Source: Thermomicrobiaceae bacterium
GTDB lineage: Bacteria; Chloroflexota; Chloroflexia; Thermomicrobiales; Thermomicrobiaceae
Assembly (NCBI GenBank): GCA_014874455.1
Contig: JADBJL010000026.1
Span: forward strand, 96-64,095
Reading direction: 5' to 3'
Length of the DNA: 64,000 nucleotides
Shown here piece after piece: positions 1 to 9,495 of the stretch (positions are counted from its first letter, which is position 1; each line of letters begins with the position of its first letter). Position numbers and translations under genes: made by a program. The notes under the pieces were generated by a model. That model saw only the letters and a program-made list of their open reading frames with translations, had not been told where the DNA came from and made no database searches.

Positions 1-1520
1 AGGCTACCGTCCATGCCCCACATCGATACGGCCAGATTGGCCAGGTGTGTCGCCTGAGCCAGGTCGTTCGTGACGCCAGACATCTGGATACCGAGGAACA
101 TCTCCTCGGCGGCGCGGGAGGCCAGCGCGACCTGGATATCGCTCATGATCTCGTCGCGCGTCTTGGTGAAGCGCTCCTCGGTCGGCTTGGTAGCCGAGAA
201 ACCGAGCGCCTCGCCGTGCCGGATGATCGAGACCTTCACGACGCGGTTTCGTGGCTGAAGCAGGTACTGCGCCAGCGCGTGCCCCGCCTCGTGGTAGGCG
301 ATGCGGCGTCGCTCCTCGTAGCCCATCGAGGTGATCGGCTGGCGCAGGCCGAGCTCGTGCATCTCGCGGGCGGCGGTAAAGTCCTCGTAGGTGATGTAGT
401 TGCGCCCGGCGAAGTGGGCGTGGATCACGGCCTCATTGATGACATAACGTATCGCGGCCGGGGTATAACCGATGGTGTCGTAGACCATATAGTCGATTGG
501 AATGCTCGGGTCGTGCTTCACCTTGCGCAGGTAGTATTCGATGATTTCCCGGCGGCCCTCAGCGCTCGGCGCGTCGACCACGATCTTCCGGTCGAACCGT
601 CCTGGCCGGAGGAGAGCCGGGTCGAGGGAGTCAGGCATGTTGGTGGCGGCGATAGTGAGCACCGGTGGCAGCTCGACGCGGCGCCGGCGCAGCCCGAGCA
701 ATCGCAAGAGGCGGCCGATCAGCGTGATTTCTTGCGGCGGCGGGTCGAGCTGCAAGAGCAGCTCGTTGAGCATACCGCTGCCTCCCCAGCCGAACAGCGG
801 GCCGAGGAAGCCCTGTCCCGCATAGCGTCCGCCGCGCGCCTGCCCGATCGCGTCGATCTCGTCGATGAAGAGGATGCAGGCGCCGTACTTACGGGCCAGC
901 TTGCGGGCCTTGCGGTAGAGCATCATGATCCGCAAGTTGCTCACGCCGAAGAACATGTTCTGGAACGACGGCGCGCTGGCATAGCCGAACGGCACGTTCG
1001 CCTCGGTGCTGATGCACTGCGCCAGGTACGACTTGCCGGTACCGGGTGGGCCCACCAGGAGCAGGCCCCGGATCGCCTCGCCGCCCATCTCCTTGAACTC
1101 TTTGACACCACGCAGCAGCGTCACCACGCGCCGCGCCGACTCCAGCACCTCGGGGTTGCCCTTGTAGTCGGCGAAGCTGACGCCCGTCTCCCCAGGCTTG
1201 ATCCAGTACGTGCGGCCGCGGCCGAGGAACCAGAAGATGGCACCGAACTGCACGATGACGAACACGATAGCGAAGGCGATCTGCAACAGCGCGAAGCCGA
1301 TCATCAGGGCGACGGGCCCCCACGTGCCTCGCGCGGGCCAGAGCCAAACGAAGAAGCCAGCCACGAGCAGCGCCACGAGCAACAGGCCGCGAAAGTGAAA
1401 GCGGAAGAGATCGATGATGCCCTGGATGAATTCATCGATCTGCGCCTCGAGATCGTCGCGGTAGCGGGGCCGAGGTTGCCCGCTGAGGGTGGTCGGAGCA
1501 GGTTCGATTCTCTGCGCCAT
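1..1520 (-). CDS. FtsH-family AAA+ ATPase / M41 zinc metalloprotease paralog (3' end runs off the left edge)
   Basis: Own minus-strand translation from ATG 1520-1518. It shows two N-terminal hydrophobic helices, Walker A GPPGTGKS (rc of 1029-1052), Walker B ILFIDEID, ATNMPDSLDPALLRPGRFD and zinc site HEAGHA. It is absent from the ORF track because there is no stop inside the window. The + ORF 45..2273 is its antisense shadow. Confidence 0.85.
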   Translation of the reverse strand, partial: MAQRIEPAPTTLSGQPRPRYRDDLEAQIDEFIQGIIDLFRFHFRGLLLVALLVAGFFVWLWPARGTWGPVALMIGFALLQIAFAIVFVIVQFGAIFWFLGRGRTYWIKPGETGVSFADYKGNPEVLESARRVVTLLRGVKEFKEMGGEAIRGLLLVGPPGTGKSYLAQCISTEANVPFGYASAPSFQNMFFGVSNLRIMMLYRKARKLARKYGACILFIDEIDAIGQARGGRYAGQGFLGPLFGWGGSGMLNELLLQLDPPPQEITLIGRLLRLLGLRRRRVELPPVLTIAATNMPDSLDPALLRPGRFDRKIVVDAPSAEGRREIIEYYLRKVKHDPSIPIDYMVYDTIGYTPAAIRYVINEAVIHAHFAGRNYITYEDFTAAREMHELGLRQPITSMGYEERRRIAYHEAGHALAQYLLQPRNRVVKVSIIRHGEALGFSATKPTEERFTKTRDEIMSDIQVALASRAAEEMFLGIQMSGVTNDLAQATHLANLAVSMWGMDGS

Positions 1521-1532
1521 TGGTCACCGTCC

Positions 1533-2174
1533 TCACTGCTGGAGCTGCGGCGTGTCGACCTCGATCACCTTGCCCTCTCGATCGACGACGAAGATCTGAT
1601 AGACCTGCGCCGACTGGCCAGCGTCGTTACCGACCTCGGTGACATAAAAGTAGTAACTCAGCCCGTTCCGAAGGCGATAGCCCCCAATATACGCGCTCTC
1701 GCCGTATCGCAGGCCGCTGTCGCGCATCCGCTGGATGGCGCGCTTGAAGGTGGAAAGCGAACTTCCCTCGGCCAGGTGCGCTGCCTTCGTCTCCTCGCTG
1801 AACGAGTCCCACATCGCTTCCGCGTCGAACTTGCGCTGGCCTTCGAGGTACTGCTTGACGCTCTGCGGCGGCTGGATGAGGGGGGCCGCTTCAATCGGGG
1901 GAGCTGGTGCCGTTGCCAGGGGAGGGGTGAAGTAGGCCACAGCCTGCTGATAGCCAAGGTAGCCAACGAGGGCGACGAGCAGCGTCAGTGCTGGATGCCG
2001 CCAAGCGACCCGGAGTACCAGGAACACCACCCACAGGAGCTTGCGGAGGACGAAGCGCAGCGCCTGACCAACCCGGCGCCCCACGACATCGACCGCCCGT
2101 ACGCCCTGTCGAATCGGCCTCGGCAAGGTCGCGGCCGGGCTCAACGAGTGCGAACCGTTCCCAGACGTAGCCAT
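1533..2174 (-). CDS. Membrane-anchored hypothetical protein immediately upstream of the FtsH paralog
   Basis: 213-aa ORF with one hydrophobic helix (LLWVVFLVLRVAW...LLVALVGYLGY), a Pro/Ala linker and a globular C-terminal domain. Its stop lies 12 nt before the FtsH-like ATG, so co-transcription is likely. Confidence 0.6.
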   Translation of the reverse strand: MATSGNGSHSLSPAATLPRPIRQGVRAVDVVGRRVGQALRFVLRKLLWVVFLVLRVAWRHPALTLLVALVGYLGYQQAVAYFTPPLATAPAPPIEAAPLIQPPQSVKQYLEGQRKFDAEAMWDSFSEETKAAHLAEGSSLSTFKRAIQRMRDSGLRYGESAYIGGYRLRNGLSYYFYVTEVGNDAGQSAQVYQIFVVDREGKVIEVDTPQLQQ

Positions 2175-2563
2175 GCCAGCCCTCGCTTTGCCGGTACCGA
2201 TCCCGGCGCTCTTCGGTTACGGCTCCACCGCAACGCTGCCCGGCACAGTGGGAAGCATCTCGCGGTTCCCTAATTGTAGCAGGTCGCCCGCAGGCTGAGA
2301 CAAGCGCCAGAGCAGCCGCGCCTTCGCAACCGGTCTACGCTTCTCCGCGGTGTCCCGCGGGTCTCCTGGGCTCCACCCGGGTGGACTGGCCGACGCGAGA
2401 CTGGTTCTATCCACCATTCGCCCATCTACGCTGTCCTGCGAGGACTGCTCAGCTAGGCCATATGCGCTGGGCGGAGCTGCCCCGCGCAGCCGTTCCCCAA
2501 CGCACCCCGTGGAGAGGGACAGGCGATTCACCATCAGTACCCTACGTCGATTCTCCCGTCAAT

Positions 2564-2592
2564 TTGGTCCTAGCGAACGTACAAGCTATACT
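2564..2592 (+). promoter_or_regulatory. Candidate sigma70-type promoter for the small Cys-rich gene
   Basis: TTGGTC (2564-2569), 17-nt spacer, TATACT (2587-2592), about 100 nt upstream of ATG 2694. Pattern match only. Confidence 0.3.
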
Positions 2593-2693
2593 TGGCTCGA
2601 GAAGGGTTTGCTGGCAGGGGCGGTGCCAACGAGCCAGTAGCAGGGGGCAAGATAACCGACATACAACTTGCGTCAAAGAAAGGACCGCGTCAT

Positions 2694-2900
2694 ATGCGCG
2701 ACTACTACGTCACCACGCGTCCTCAGGCCAATGGCGATCATGAAGTGCATACCGCGGATTGTGCCTGGCTACCAGGTAAGGAGAATCGCCGCTATCTTGG
2801 CCGATTCTCCACCTGCTACGGCGCGCTTCTCGCGGCCCGTGCGCTCTACGAGCAGGTGAACGGTTGCTACTGGTGCTCACGCGAATGCCATACGAGCTAA
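2694..2900 (+). CDS. Small conserved Cys-rich protein (about 68 aa, C...C...CxxC...C)
   Basis: Internal ATG of track ORF 2592..2900. Sequence: MRDYYVTTRPQANGDHEVHTADCAWLPGKENRRYLGRFSTCYGALLAARALYEQVNGCYWCSRECHTS. It resembles a widespread small hypothetical family with the same Cys spacing. An AAAGGA purine tract lies upstream. Confidence 0.55.
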   Translation: MRDYYVTTRPQANGDHEVHTADCAWLPGKENRRYLGRFSTCYGALLAARALYEQVNGCYWCSRECHTS

Positions 2901-3410
2901 CGTCCTGACCCTGCCCTGACGCACTGCCTCGCCAGCAGCCCTCATCATCCCGGCATGGACGCGACTCCTCCTCGTCACTACCGCGTGCCCGTCGTACCGT
3001 CTGCGCCCCCACTAAGATACGCCCTGCCAGACCTCGGTCGTGGGAAGGAAGGTAGCCGCGACCAGGAACCGCTCGCTCGACCTGATGGGCGGTGCCGATC
3101 AACATCTCCAACCGAGTCAGTGGGGTTAAATGGTCATGCTGGCGTCATCCCGCTCAATGGCGGCATCGTGAGACTGCCTCGCGGCATGGCGGTCATCTGG
3201 CTCTTGCAAGAGGGCAGGCTGTGCTCCCAAACGGCGGGATCGCTCACCCAAAACAATCCCTCACCCGCGCCCTATCCAGCGCGAGCGTACCTGGACGCCA
3301 GGCGCCTCGGTGCAGCGAACCCTTTCGATATCAGCGGAGCCCTGCACGCTGTGCTAGGCTACGCCCTGGTATGACCGGCAAGAGCGAGCTGGCGGGAGGA
3401 GCATTGCACC

Positions 3411-4601
3411 ATGCCTGGCCCCCTCGAAGGTATCCGGGTACTCGACCTGTCGCGCGTGCTGGCAGGGCCGTTCTGCACCATGATCCTCGGTGACCTCGGC
3501 GCCGACGTCATCAAGGTCGAGCAGCCCGGCAGCGGCGACGACACCCGCCAGTGGGGGCCGCCCTGGGCCGGCGGCGAGAGCGCCTACTACCTCTGCGTCA
3601 ACCGGAACAAGCGGAGCATCACGCTTAACCTCAAGCACGAGCGCGGGCGCCAGATCCTGGTCGAGCTCGCCCGCGACAGCGACGTGGTGGTCGAGAACTT
3701 CCGCGTCGGCATGCTCGATCGGCTCGGCATCGGCTACCAGGCCCTCTCGACGCGCTTCCCCCACCTGGTCTGGTGCTCGATCACCGGCTACGGCCTCGAC
3801 GGCCCCTACGCCGAGCGCGCCGGCTACGACTTCGTCGCCCAGGGCGAGGGCGGGCTCATGAGCATCACCGGCGAGCCCGACGGTGAGCCGATGAAGGTCG
3901 GCGTGGCCATCGTCGACCTCTTCACCGGCCTCTACGCCGCCAACGCCATCCTCGCCGCCCTCCACGCGCGCGTCCAGACCGGCCGCGGCCAGCTCATCGA
4001 CGTCGCGCTGCTCCCGGTAACCGTCGCCATGCTGGCCAACGTCGGCAGTAACTACCTCATCTCAGGCCAGATCCCCAAGCGCTACGGCAATGCCCACCCG
4101 AACATCGTGCCCTACCAGACCTTCCGCGCCCGCGACCGCTGGATGACGGTCGCCGTCGGCAACGACCGCCAGTTCCGCCAGCTCTGCCGCATCCTCGGCA
4201 AGGAGGAGCTGGCCGATGACCCCCGCTTCGCCACCAACCCCCAGCGGGTCGCGCACCGCGACCAGCTCATCCCGCTTCTCCAGGCCGCCTTCGCGATGCG
4301 CGACGCCGACGACTGGCTCGCCGCGATGACCGAGGCCGGCATCCCTTGCGGCCCGATCAACACCCTCGACCGCGTCTTCAGTCACCCGCAGATCCTGCAT
4401 CGGCGCATGGTCGCAGAGGTTCCGCATCCGACAGCGGGCTCGGTCCGGCTGACCGGTTCACCGCTCATCCTCTCCGAGACGCCGGCCGCGGTACGGAGCC
4501 ACCCACCGCTCCTGGGCGAGCACACCGAGGAGATCCTCCGCGAACGGATCGGCTTGTCAGCAGCGGAGATCGCGCGGCTGCGCGAGGAGGGGGTAGTCTG
4601 A
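3411..4601 (+). CDS. Family III CoA-transferase (CaiB/BaiF type)
   Basis: N-terminus GIRVLDLSRVLAGPFCTMILGDLGADVIKVE and overall length (396 aa) are typical of the family. GGGAGGAG lies upstream. Confidence 0.9.
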   Translation: MPGPLEGIRVLDLSRVLAGPFCTMILGDLGADVIKVEQPGSGDDTRQWGPPWAGGESAYYLCVNRNKRSITLNLKHERGRQILVELARDSDVVVENFRVGMLDRLGIGYQALSTRFPHLVWCSITGYGLDGPYAERAGYDFVAQGEGGLMSITGEPDGEPMKVGVAIVDLFTGLYAANAILAALHARVQTGRGQLIDVALLPVTVAMLANVGSNYLISGQIPKRYGNAHPNIVPYQTFRARDRWMTVAVGNDRQFRQLCRILGKEELADDPRFATNPQRVAHRDQLIPLLQAAFAMRDADDWLAAMTEAGIPCGPINTLDRVFSHPQILHRRMVAEVPHPTAGSVRLTGSPLILSETPAAVRSHPPLLGEHTEEILRERIGLSAAEIARLREEGVV

Positions 4602-4680
4602 CCGGTCTGGCCTGCCAGGCCGGCCACGCGCCGAGTTGCCCTCGAACGTCGCGCTCGCTGCTCTCGGGGAGGGATCGGCC

Positions 4681-7600
4681 ATGGACGTGCACGATGCTCA
4701 ACGCCTGGAACGCCTGCAGGCACGCCTCCAGGAGCTTCGCCTCTGGCGCGACGCCTCGACGCGCGCGATCGAGCCCTGGGAGTTCACCCCGCCGTCAGGC
4801 GTGGCCGCCCTCCTGCGCGTCGGTGACCCCTGGCCGGTCGTCGAGCTGCCGGTGCAGCTCCGGGCAGCGGTGACCATCCCGGAGGAATGGGCCGGAACGC
4901 CGGTCGAGCTCGATCTCTGGCTCGGCGGAGAGGGCTTCCTCCGGCTCTCGACCGGGCTGGAGAGCGGCCTCGACCCCTTCCACCACCGGTTCCCGGTCAT
5001 CGGCTCGGCGCGTGGCGGCGAGCGACTGGAGATCGAGGCCGAGGTGGTGCCCAAGGGGCCGTTCGGTACCCACATCGCCGAGCCACGGGTGTGGTGGGCG
5101 TGGCTGGTGGCCCCGGAGACCGAGGTGCGAGGACTCGAGCGCGACCTCACCGTGCTGGCTGAAGCGTGCGCCCACCTGGGCGACCACGAGGTCGTGCCCC
5201 ACCTGCTCGACGTCGCCGAGGCTGCACTGGCCGCGCTGTCCGTGAGCTGGCCCTCGGCGACCGCCCCGACGCTGGCGCGCCTGTCTGCGCGCTACGGCAC
5301 TGTTCCGGGCAACATCTGGAGCCTGCCGCCCGAGCTGCACCGGGAGGCCATCGACATCGCCCCGCTGACCGTGGGGCTCTGGAGCGGCCCGCCGGCCCAG
5401 CCAGCGCTCGAGCCGCTGCCCGAGGAGGCACGGCGAGCCGCCCGGCGTGCCCGTGAGCTCGTCCGAGCGCGCCTGGCGGAGATCAGGGAGGCGTACCCAC
5501 CGGTCGGCCGGCTGGCGCTGGCCGGGCACGCGCACCTCGACCTCGCCTGGCTCTGGCCGCTGGCCGAGACCCGCCGCAAAGGCCGGCGCACCTTCGCCAC
5601 CGTGCTCGGGTTGATGGAGCGCTACCCGGACTTCACTTTTGTACAGTCCTCGGCACAGCTCTATGCCTGGATAGAGGAGGACGACCCGGAACTGTTCGAG
5701 CGCGTGCGCCGGCGAGTCGTCGAGGGGCGCTGGGAGCCGGTCGGCGGGAGCTGGGTCGAGCCGGACTGCCAGATGGTGGGCGGAGAGGCCTTCGTGCGGC
5801 AGCTCCTGTACGGCCAGCAGTACTTCGAGCAGCGCTTCGGCCGGCGCTGCTCGGTCGCCTGGTTGCCGGATACCTTCGGCTTTTCCGGTGCCCTGCCGCA
5901 GCTCCTGCGCGGCGCCGGGATCACCGGCTTCCTGACGACCAAGCTGACCTGGAACGAGACCAACGCCTTCCCCTACGACCTCTTCTGGTGGGAGGGGATC
6001 GACGGCAGCCGGGTCAAGGCGCACATCTTCCGCAACCCGGCACATGGCTACAACGGCGACATCGCGCCGCGCGACCTGCTCGGCACCTGGCGCGGCTTCG
6101 AGGGCAAGCGTCGGCACGGGGAGAGCCTGCTGACGTTCGGCCGGGGCGACGGCGGCGGCGGGCCCAGCCAGCAGATGCTCGAGAACTACGCCCGGCTCCA
6201 GGATTTCCCGGCGCTACCTCGCCTGCGCATGGTTCGGGTCGAGGAGTTCTTCCGCTCCCTGCCCGAGGAGGGCCTGCCGGTCTGGGTCGGCGAGCTGTAC
6301 CTGGAGCGGCACCGCGGCACGCTCACCTCGCAGGCGCGGGTCAAGGCGCTCAACCGCGCCGCCGAGCACCGGCTCATTGAGGCCGAGGCCTGCTCGACCC
6401 TCGCCGCGTTGCTCGGCGCGGAGGACGGGCAGCCGGGACTGGACGACGCCTGGAAGACGCTGCTCCTCAACCAGTTCCACGACGTGCTGCCCGGCTCTTC
6501 GATCCGGGAAGTCTACGAGGAGGCGCATCGCCACCTCGCCGCCGTCGTCCAGGCGGCCACCGAGCGGCGAGACGCCGCGCTCGGCGCGCTGGCGGCGCGC
6601 CTGCGTGCCCCGGCGGGAGGGCCGGTGGTGCTGGTGGCTAACCCGAGCCTGGCTCCCCGGCCGCTCACCGCGCTCCTCCCGGATTTGGTTGAGCACGACA
6701 TAACGTTACTGGATGCGCGAGGGGAGCCGCTGCCGGCTCAGCTCGCGGCCGATGGTTTGCTGGTGCACGCGCCTGAGCGCCGAGTGCCGGGGCTGGGCTG
6801 GACATCACTCCTGGTCTCCCGTACCCGGCCTCAGGCCACAGGGCGGCCCAGCGCGGCCGCGCGGATCGAGCGGGTAGGGGAGGAGGTCGTCCTGGAGAAC
6901 GACCTGCTGCGCGTGGCCATCGGCCGGGACGGCACGCTCGCCAGCGTCTTCGATCGCGAGCTGGCCCGCGAGGTCTTAGTTGACCGCGGCAACCAGCTCT
7001 GGGCCTACGCCGACAAGCCGCGGGCCTGGGATGCCTGGGACATCGACGAAGGCTACGAGCGGCAGGGCCAGGAGATCTGCGAGGTCGAGGAGATCCGGAT
7101 CGTGGAGACAGGGCCGCTGCGCGCTGCCGCGCGCGTCGCTCGCCGCTGGCGCGACTCCCGGATCGCGCAGACCTACCGGCTGCTGGCCGGCTCGCGGCGG
7201 CTGGACATCGTCACCGAGATCGACTGGCACGAGCGGCAGGTGTTGTTGCGGGCCCTCTTCCCGGTCGCGGTGCGCGCTCCCCACGCGACCTACGAGACCA
7301 TGTACGGCGCACTCACCCGGCCCACCCACGCCAACACCTCCTGGGAGCGGGCGCGCTTCGAGGTCTCGGCCCACCGGTTCGTCGACCTCTCCGAGCCGGG
7401 CTACGGCGTGGCGCTGCTCAACGACGGCAAGTACGGCCACAGCGCCCGCGGCAATACCCTAGGCCTCAGCCTGCTGCGCAGCCCGGTCTACCCCGACCCG
7501 CAGGCCGACGAGGGTGCCCACCGCTTCACCTACGCCCTCTTCCCCCACCCGGGTGACTGGACGGCAGCCGGGGTCGTCGACGAGGCGCTGGCGCTCAACA

Positions 7601-7923
7601 GCCCGTTGTGCGTGGCCCTGGCGCGGCCGGCGGGCGGGGAGCTGCCGCTCGAGTTCGGGCTGGTCGAGGCCAGCGGCCTCCCGGTGCGGCTGGGCTGCCT
7701 GAAGCGGCCGGAGGTGGGCTCCGGCGTGATCCTGCGCCTGTACGAGCCGCACGGCGCGCGGGGCACGGCCACCGTGCGCTTCGCCCGACCCGTGCGGCAG
7801 GTCGAGCGAGTGAACCTCCTCGAAGAGCCGGAGACAACCGCTCCCGCGCCTGAGCTGGCCGGCGAGACTGTGCGACTGGCGCTCAGGCCGTTCGAGGTCG
7901 TGACCCTGCGAGCTGAGCTGTAG
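4681..7923 (+). CDS. Glycoside hydrolase family 38 alpha-mannosidase
   Basis: HAHLDLAWLWP, WEPVGGSWVEPDCQM and FHDVLPGSS motifs. ATG 4681 is preceded by GGGGAGGGA with 6-nt spacing; the track starts at TTG 4636. Confidence 0.9.
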   Translation: MDVHDAQRLERLQARLQELRLWRDASTRAIEPWEFTPPSGVAALLRVGDPWPVVELPVQLRAAVTIPEEWAGTPVELDLWLGGEGFLRLSTGLESGLDPFHHRFPVIGSARGGERLEIEAEVVPKGPFGTHIAEPRVWWAWLVAPETEVRGLERDLTVLAEACAHLGDHEVVPHLLDVAEAALAALSVSWPSATAPTLARLSARYGTVPGNIWSLPPELHREAIDIAPLTVGLWSGPPAQPALEPLPEEARRAARRARELVRARLAEIREAYPPVGRLALAGHAHLDLAWLWPLAETRRKGRRTFATVLGLMERYPDFTFVQSSAQLYAWIEEDDPELFERVRRRVVEGRWEPVGGSWVEPDCQMVGGEAFVRQLLYGQQYFEQRFGRRCSVAWLPDTFGFSGALPQLLRGAGITGFLTTKLTWNETNAFPYDLFWWEGIDGSRVKAHIFRNPAHGYNGDIAPRDLLGTWRGFEGKRRHGESLLTFGRGDGGGGPSQQMLENYARLQDFPALPRLRMVRVEEFFRSLPEEGLPVWVGELYLERHRGTLTSQARVKALNRAAEHRLIEAEACSTLAALLGAEDGQPGLDDAWKTLLLNQFHDVLPGSSIREVYEEAHRHLAAVVQAATERRDAALGALAARLRAPAGGPVVLVANPSLAPRPLTALLPDLVEHDITLLDARGEPLPAQLAADGLLVHAPERRVPGLGWTSLLVSRTRPQATGRPSAAARIERVGEEVVLENDLLRVAIGRDGTLASVFDRELAREVLVDRGNQLWAYADKPRAWDAWDIDEGYERQGQEICEVEEIRIVETGPLRAAARVARRWRDSRIAQTYRLLAGSRRLDIVTEIDWHERQVLLRALFPVAVRAPHATYETMYGALTRPTHANTSWERARFEVSAHRFVDLSEPGYGVALLNDGKYGHSARGNTLGLSLLRSPVYPDPQADEGAHRFTYALFPHPGDWTAAGVVDEALALNSPLCVALARPAGGELPLEFGLVEASGLPVRLGCLKRPEVGSGVILRLYEPHGARGTATVRFARPVRQVERVNLLEEPETTAPAPELAGETVRLALRPFEVVTLRAEL

Positions 7924-7953
7924 CGCTGCCAGCGGGGTCGCCTGCTCCGGCCT

Positions 7954-9387
7954 TCAGTGCTCGCCCAGGCGCTCGACCAGGCTCCTGCCAGTGGGTGGCC
8001 GGCCGGTGCGCTCGGCCTCGTCGTCGATGCGCATGAAGCCACGCTGGACGAAGCGGACGCCGAGCCAGCGGATCGGCTCCGGCTCCCAGGGTCGGATCCG
8101 GTGGCTGGTCATCGGCAGCCGGGTCAGCTCCGACTCGTGACCGGTGATCAGGTCGGCCAGCACGCGGCCGGAGAGGTTGGCGGTGGCCACGCCCTGACCG
8201 GTGTAGCCGCAGGCCATCGCCAGCCCCTCGCCAGGGTCGTAGCGCATGGTCGGCATCCAATCGCGCGGCATGCCCAGCGGGCCACCCCAGGCGTGGGTAA
8301 AGCCGATCCCCTTGAGGCGGAGGATCGGGAACCAGTCGTAGCACATCTGGCGGAGCATCTCGTGTGTCGGCCCATGACGGTCGAAGGCATCGTCGATGCG
8401 CGAGCCGAAGTGGTAGGGGGCACCTCGCCCGCCGAAGAGGATCCGGCCATCGACCGTCTGGGAGAGGTAGTCGACCGTGTAGCGGTTGGAGGCGACGCAC
8501 TCGCGGTTACGCCAGCCGATCTCCTCCCAGACCTCGGCCGGCACCGGCTCGGTGAGGACGATCAGCGAGTAGACCGGGATCAGTGCGCGCCGCAAGCGGG
8601 GCAACTGCGAGAGATACGCCTCGCCGGCCAGCACCAGCACCTTGGCTCTCACGTCGCCACGCGGGGTGATGAAGCGGGGCGCCTGGCCGGTCACGAAGTC
8701 GACCACCGGCGTCTGCTCGTAGATCGTCGCGCCCAGCCGCTCGACTGCCCGGGCCAGCCCGCGTACCAGTCTACCCGGGTGCACCACGGCGCACTGCTTG
8801 ACGAAGATCGCGCCCTCGGCCCGGGTAACCCGGATACGCTGGGCCAGCTCGGCAGGGCCGAGGCGCTCGTACCACTCGGTCAGTCCCAGGCGCTCATAGG
8901 TGCGCCACGACTCCTCGATCGCCGGGAGCTGGTGTCGGCCGCGGGCGATCCTGAGCGCCCCGCCCTTGTGGAAGTGGGCCTCGATCCCCTCGGCAGCGAG
9001 CACCCGGCCGACCTCGTCGACCGTCTCGAACATGGCGAGGGCGATGGCCCGGGCAGCATCAGCGCCGTAGCGCCTGGCCAGCAGGCTGAGCGAGAGTGGA
9101 AAGCCGGGGGTGACCCAGCCGCCGTTGCGGCCGGAGGCACCGAAACCGGCGATCTCGCGCTCGAGGATAGCAACTCGTAGAGAGGGGTCGCGCTTGAGCA
9201 GGTAGTAGGCCGTCCAGAGACCGGTGTAGCCAGCGCCCAGGATGGCGAGGTCGACGTCGATCGAACCGTCGAGCGGTGGACGAGGGGTGAGGTCGTCGTC
9301 ACAGGTCTCGAGCCAGTAGCTGTACTGGCGGTAGCGCATGGTCGTCAACGGCCCGATGAGTGGAACAGCTCTGCCCTCAGCGGACAT
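7954..9387 (-). CDS. FAD-dependent oxidoreductase (DAO family, PuuB-like)
   Basis: Dinucleotide fold DLAILGAGYTGLWTAYYL after an MRYRQYSYWLE-type N-terminus. Internal ATG 9387 has GGAGGAGGG upstream; the track ORF extends to 9495. Confidence 0.85.
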   Translation of the reverse strand: MSAEGRAVPLIGPLTTMRYRQYSYWLETCDDDLTPRPPLDGSIDVDLAILGAGYTGLWTAYYLLKRDPSLRVAILEREIAGFGASGRNGGWVTPGFPLSLSLLARRYGADAARAIALAMFETVDEVGRVLAAEGIEAHFHKGGALRIARGRHQLPAIEESWRTYERLGLTEWYERLGPAELAQRIRVTRAEGAIFVKQCAVVHPGRLVRGLARAVERLGATIYEQTPVVDFVTGQAPRFITPRGDVRAKVLVLAGEAYLSQLPRLRRALIPVYSLIVLTEPVPAEVWEEIGWRNRECVASNRYTVDYLSQTVDGRILFGGRGAPYHFGSRIDDAFDRHGPTHEMLRQMCYDWFPILRLKGIGFTHAWGGPLGMPRDWMPTMRYDPGEGLAMACGYTGQGVATANLSGRVLADLITGHESELTRLPMTSHRIRPWEPEPIRWLGVRFVQRGFMRIDDEAERTGRPPTGRSLVERLGEH

Positions 9388-9495
9388 CGCACCCTCCTCC
9401 CTGCACCCACAGCCGGGCGCTCTCCTCACCTGCCACCGCCGTAGTCTACCGCGAGTCTCTTCCTCGGTCAGCACGGGCGAAGAGGCATCATCCAC

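Noticed and set aside
45-2273. 742-aa + strand ORF, the longest in the first 2 kb
   Set aside because: It is antisense to a clear FtsH-like gene (Walker A/B and HEAGH read on the minus strand) and to ORF 1533..2174. Its sequence is Arg/Ala/Asp/Leu-rich with no motifs, a typical high-GC shadow ORF.
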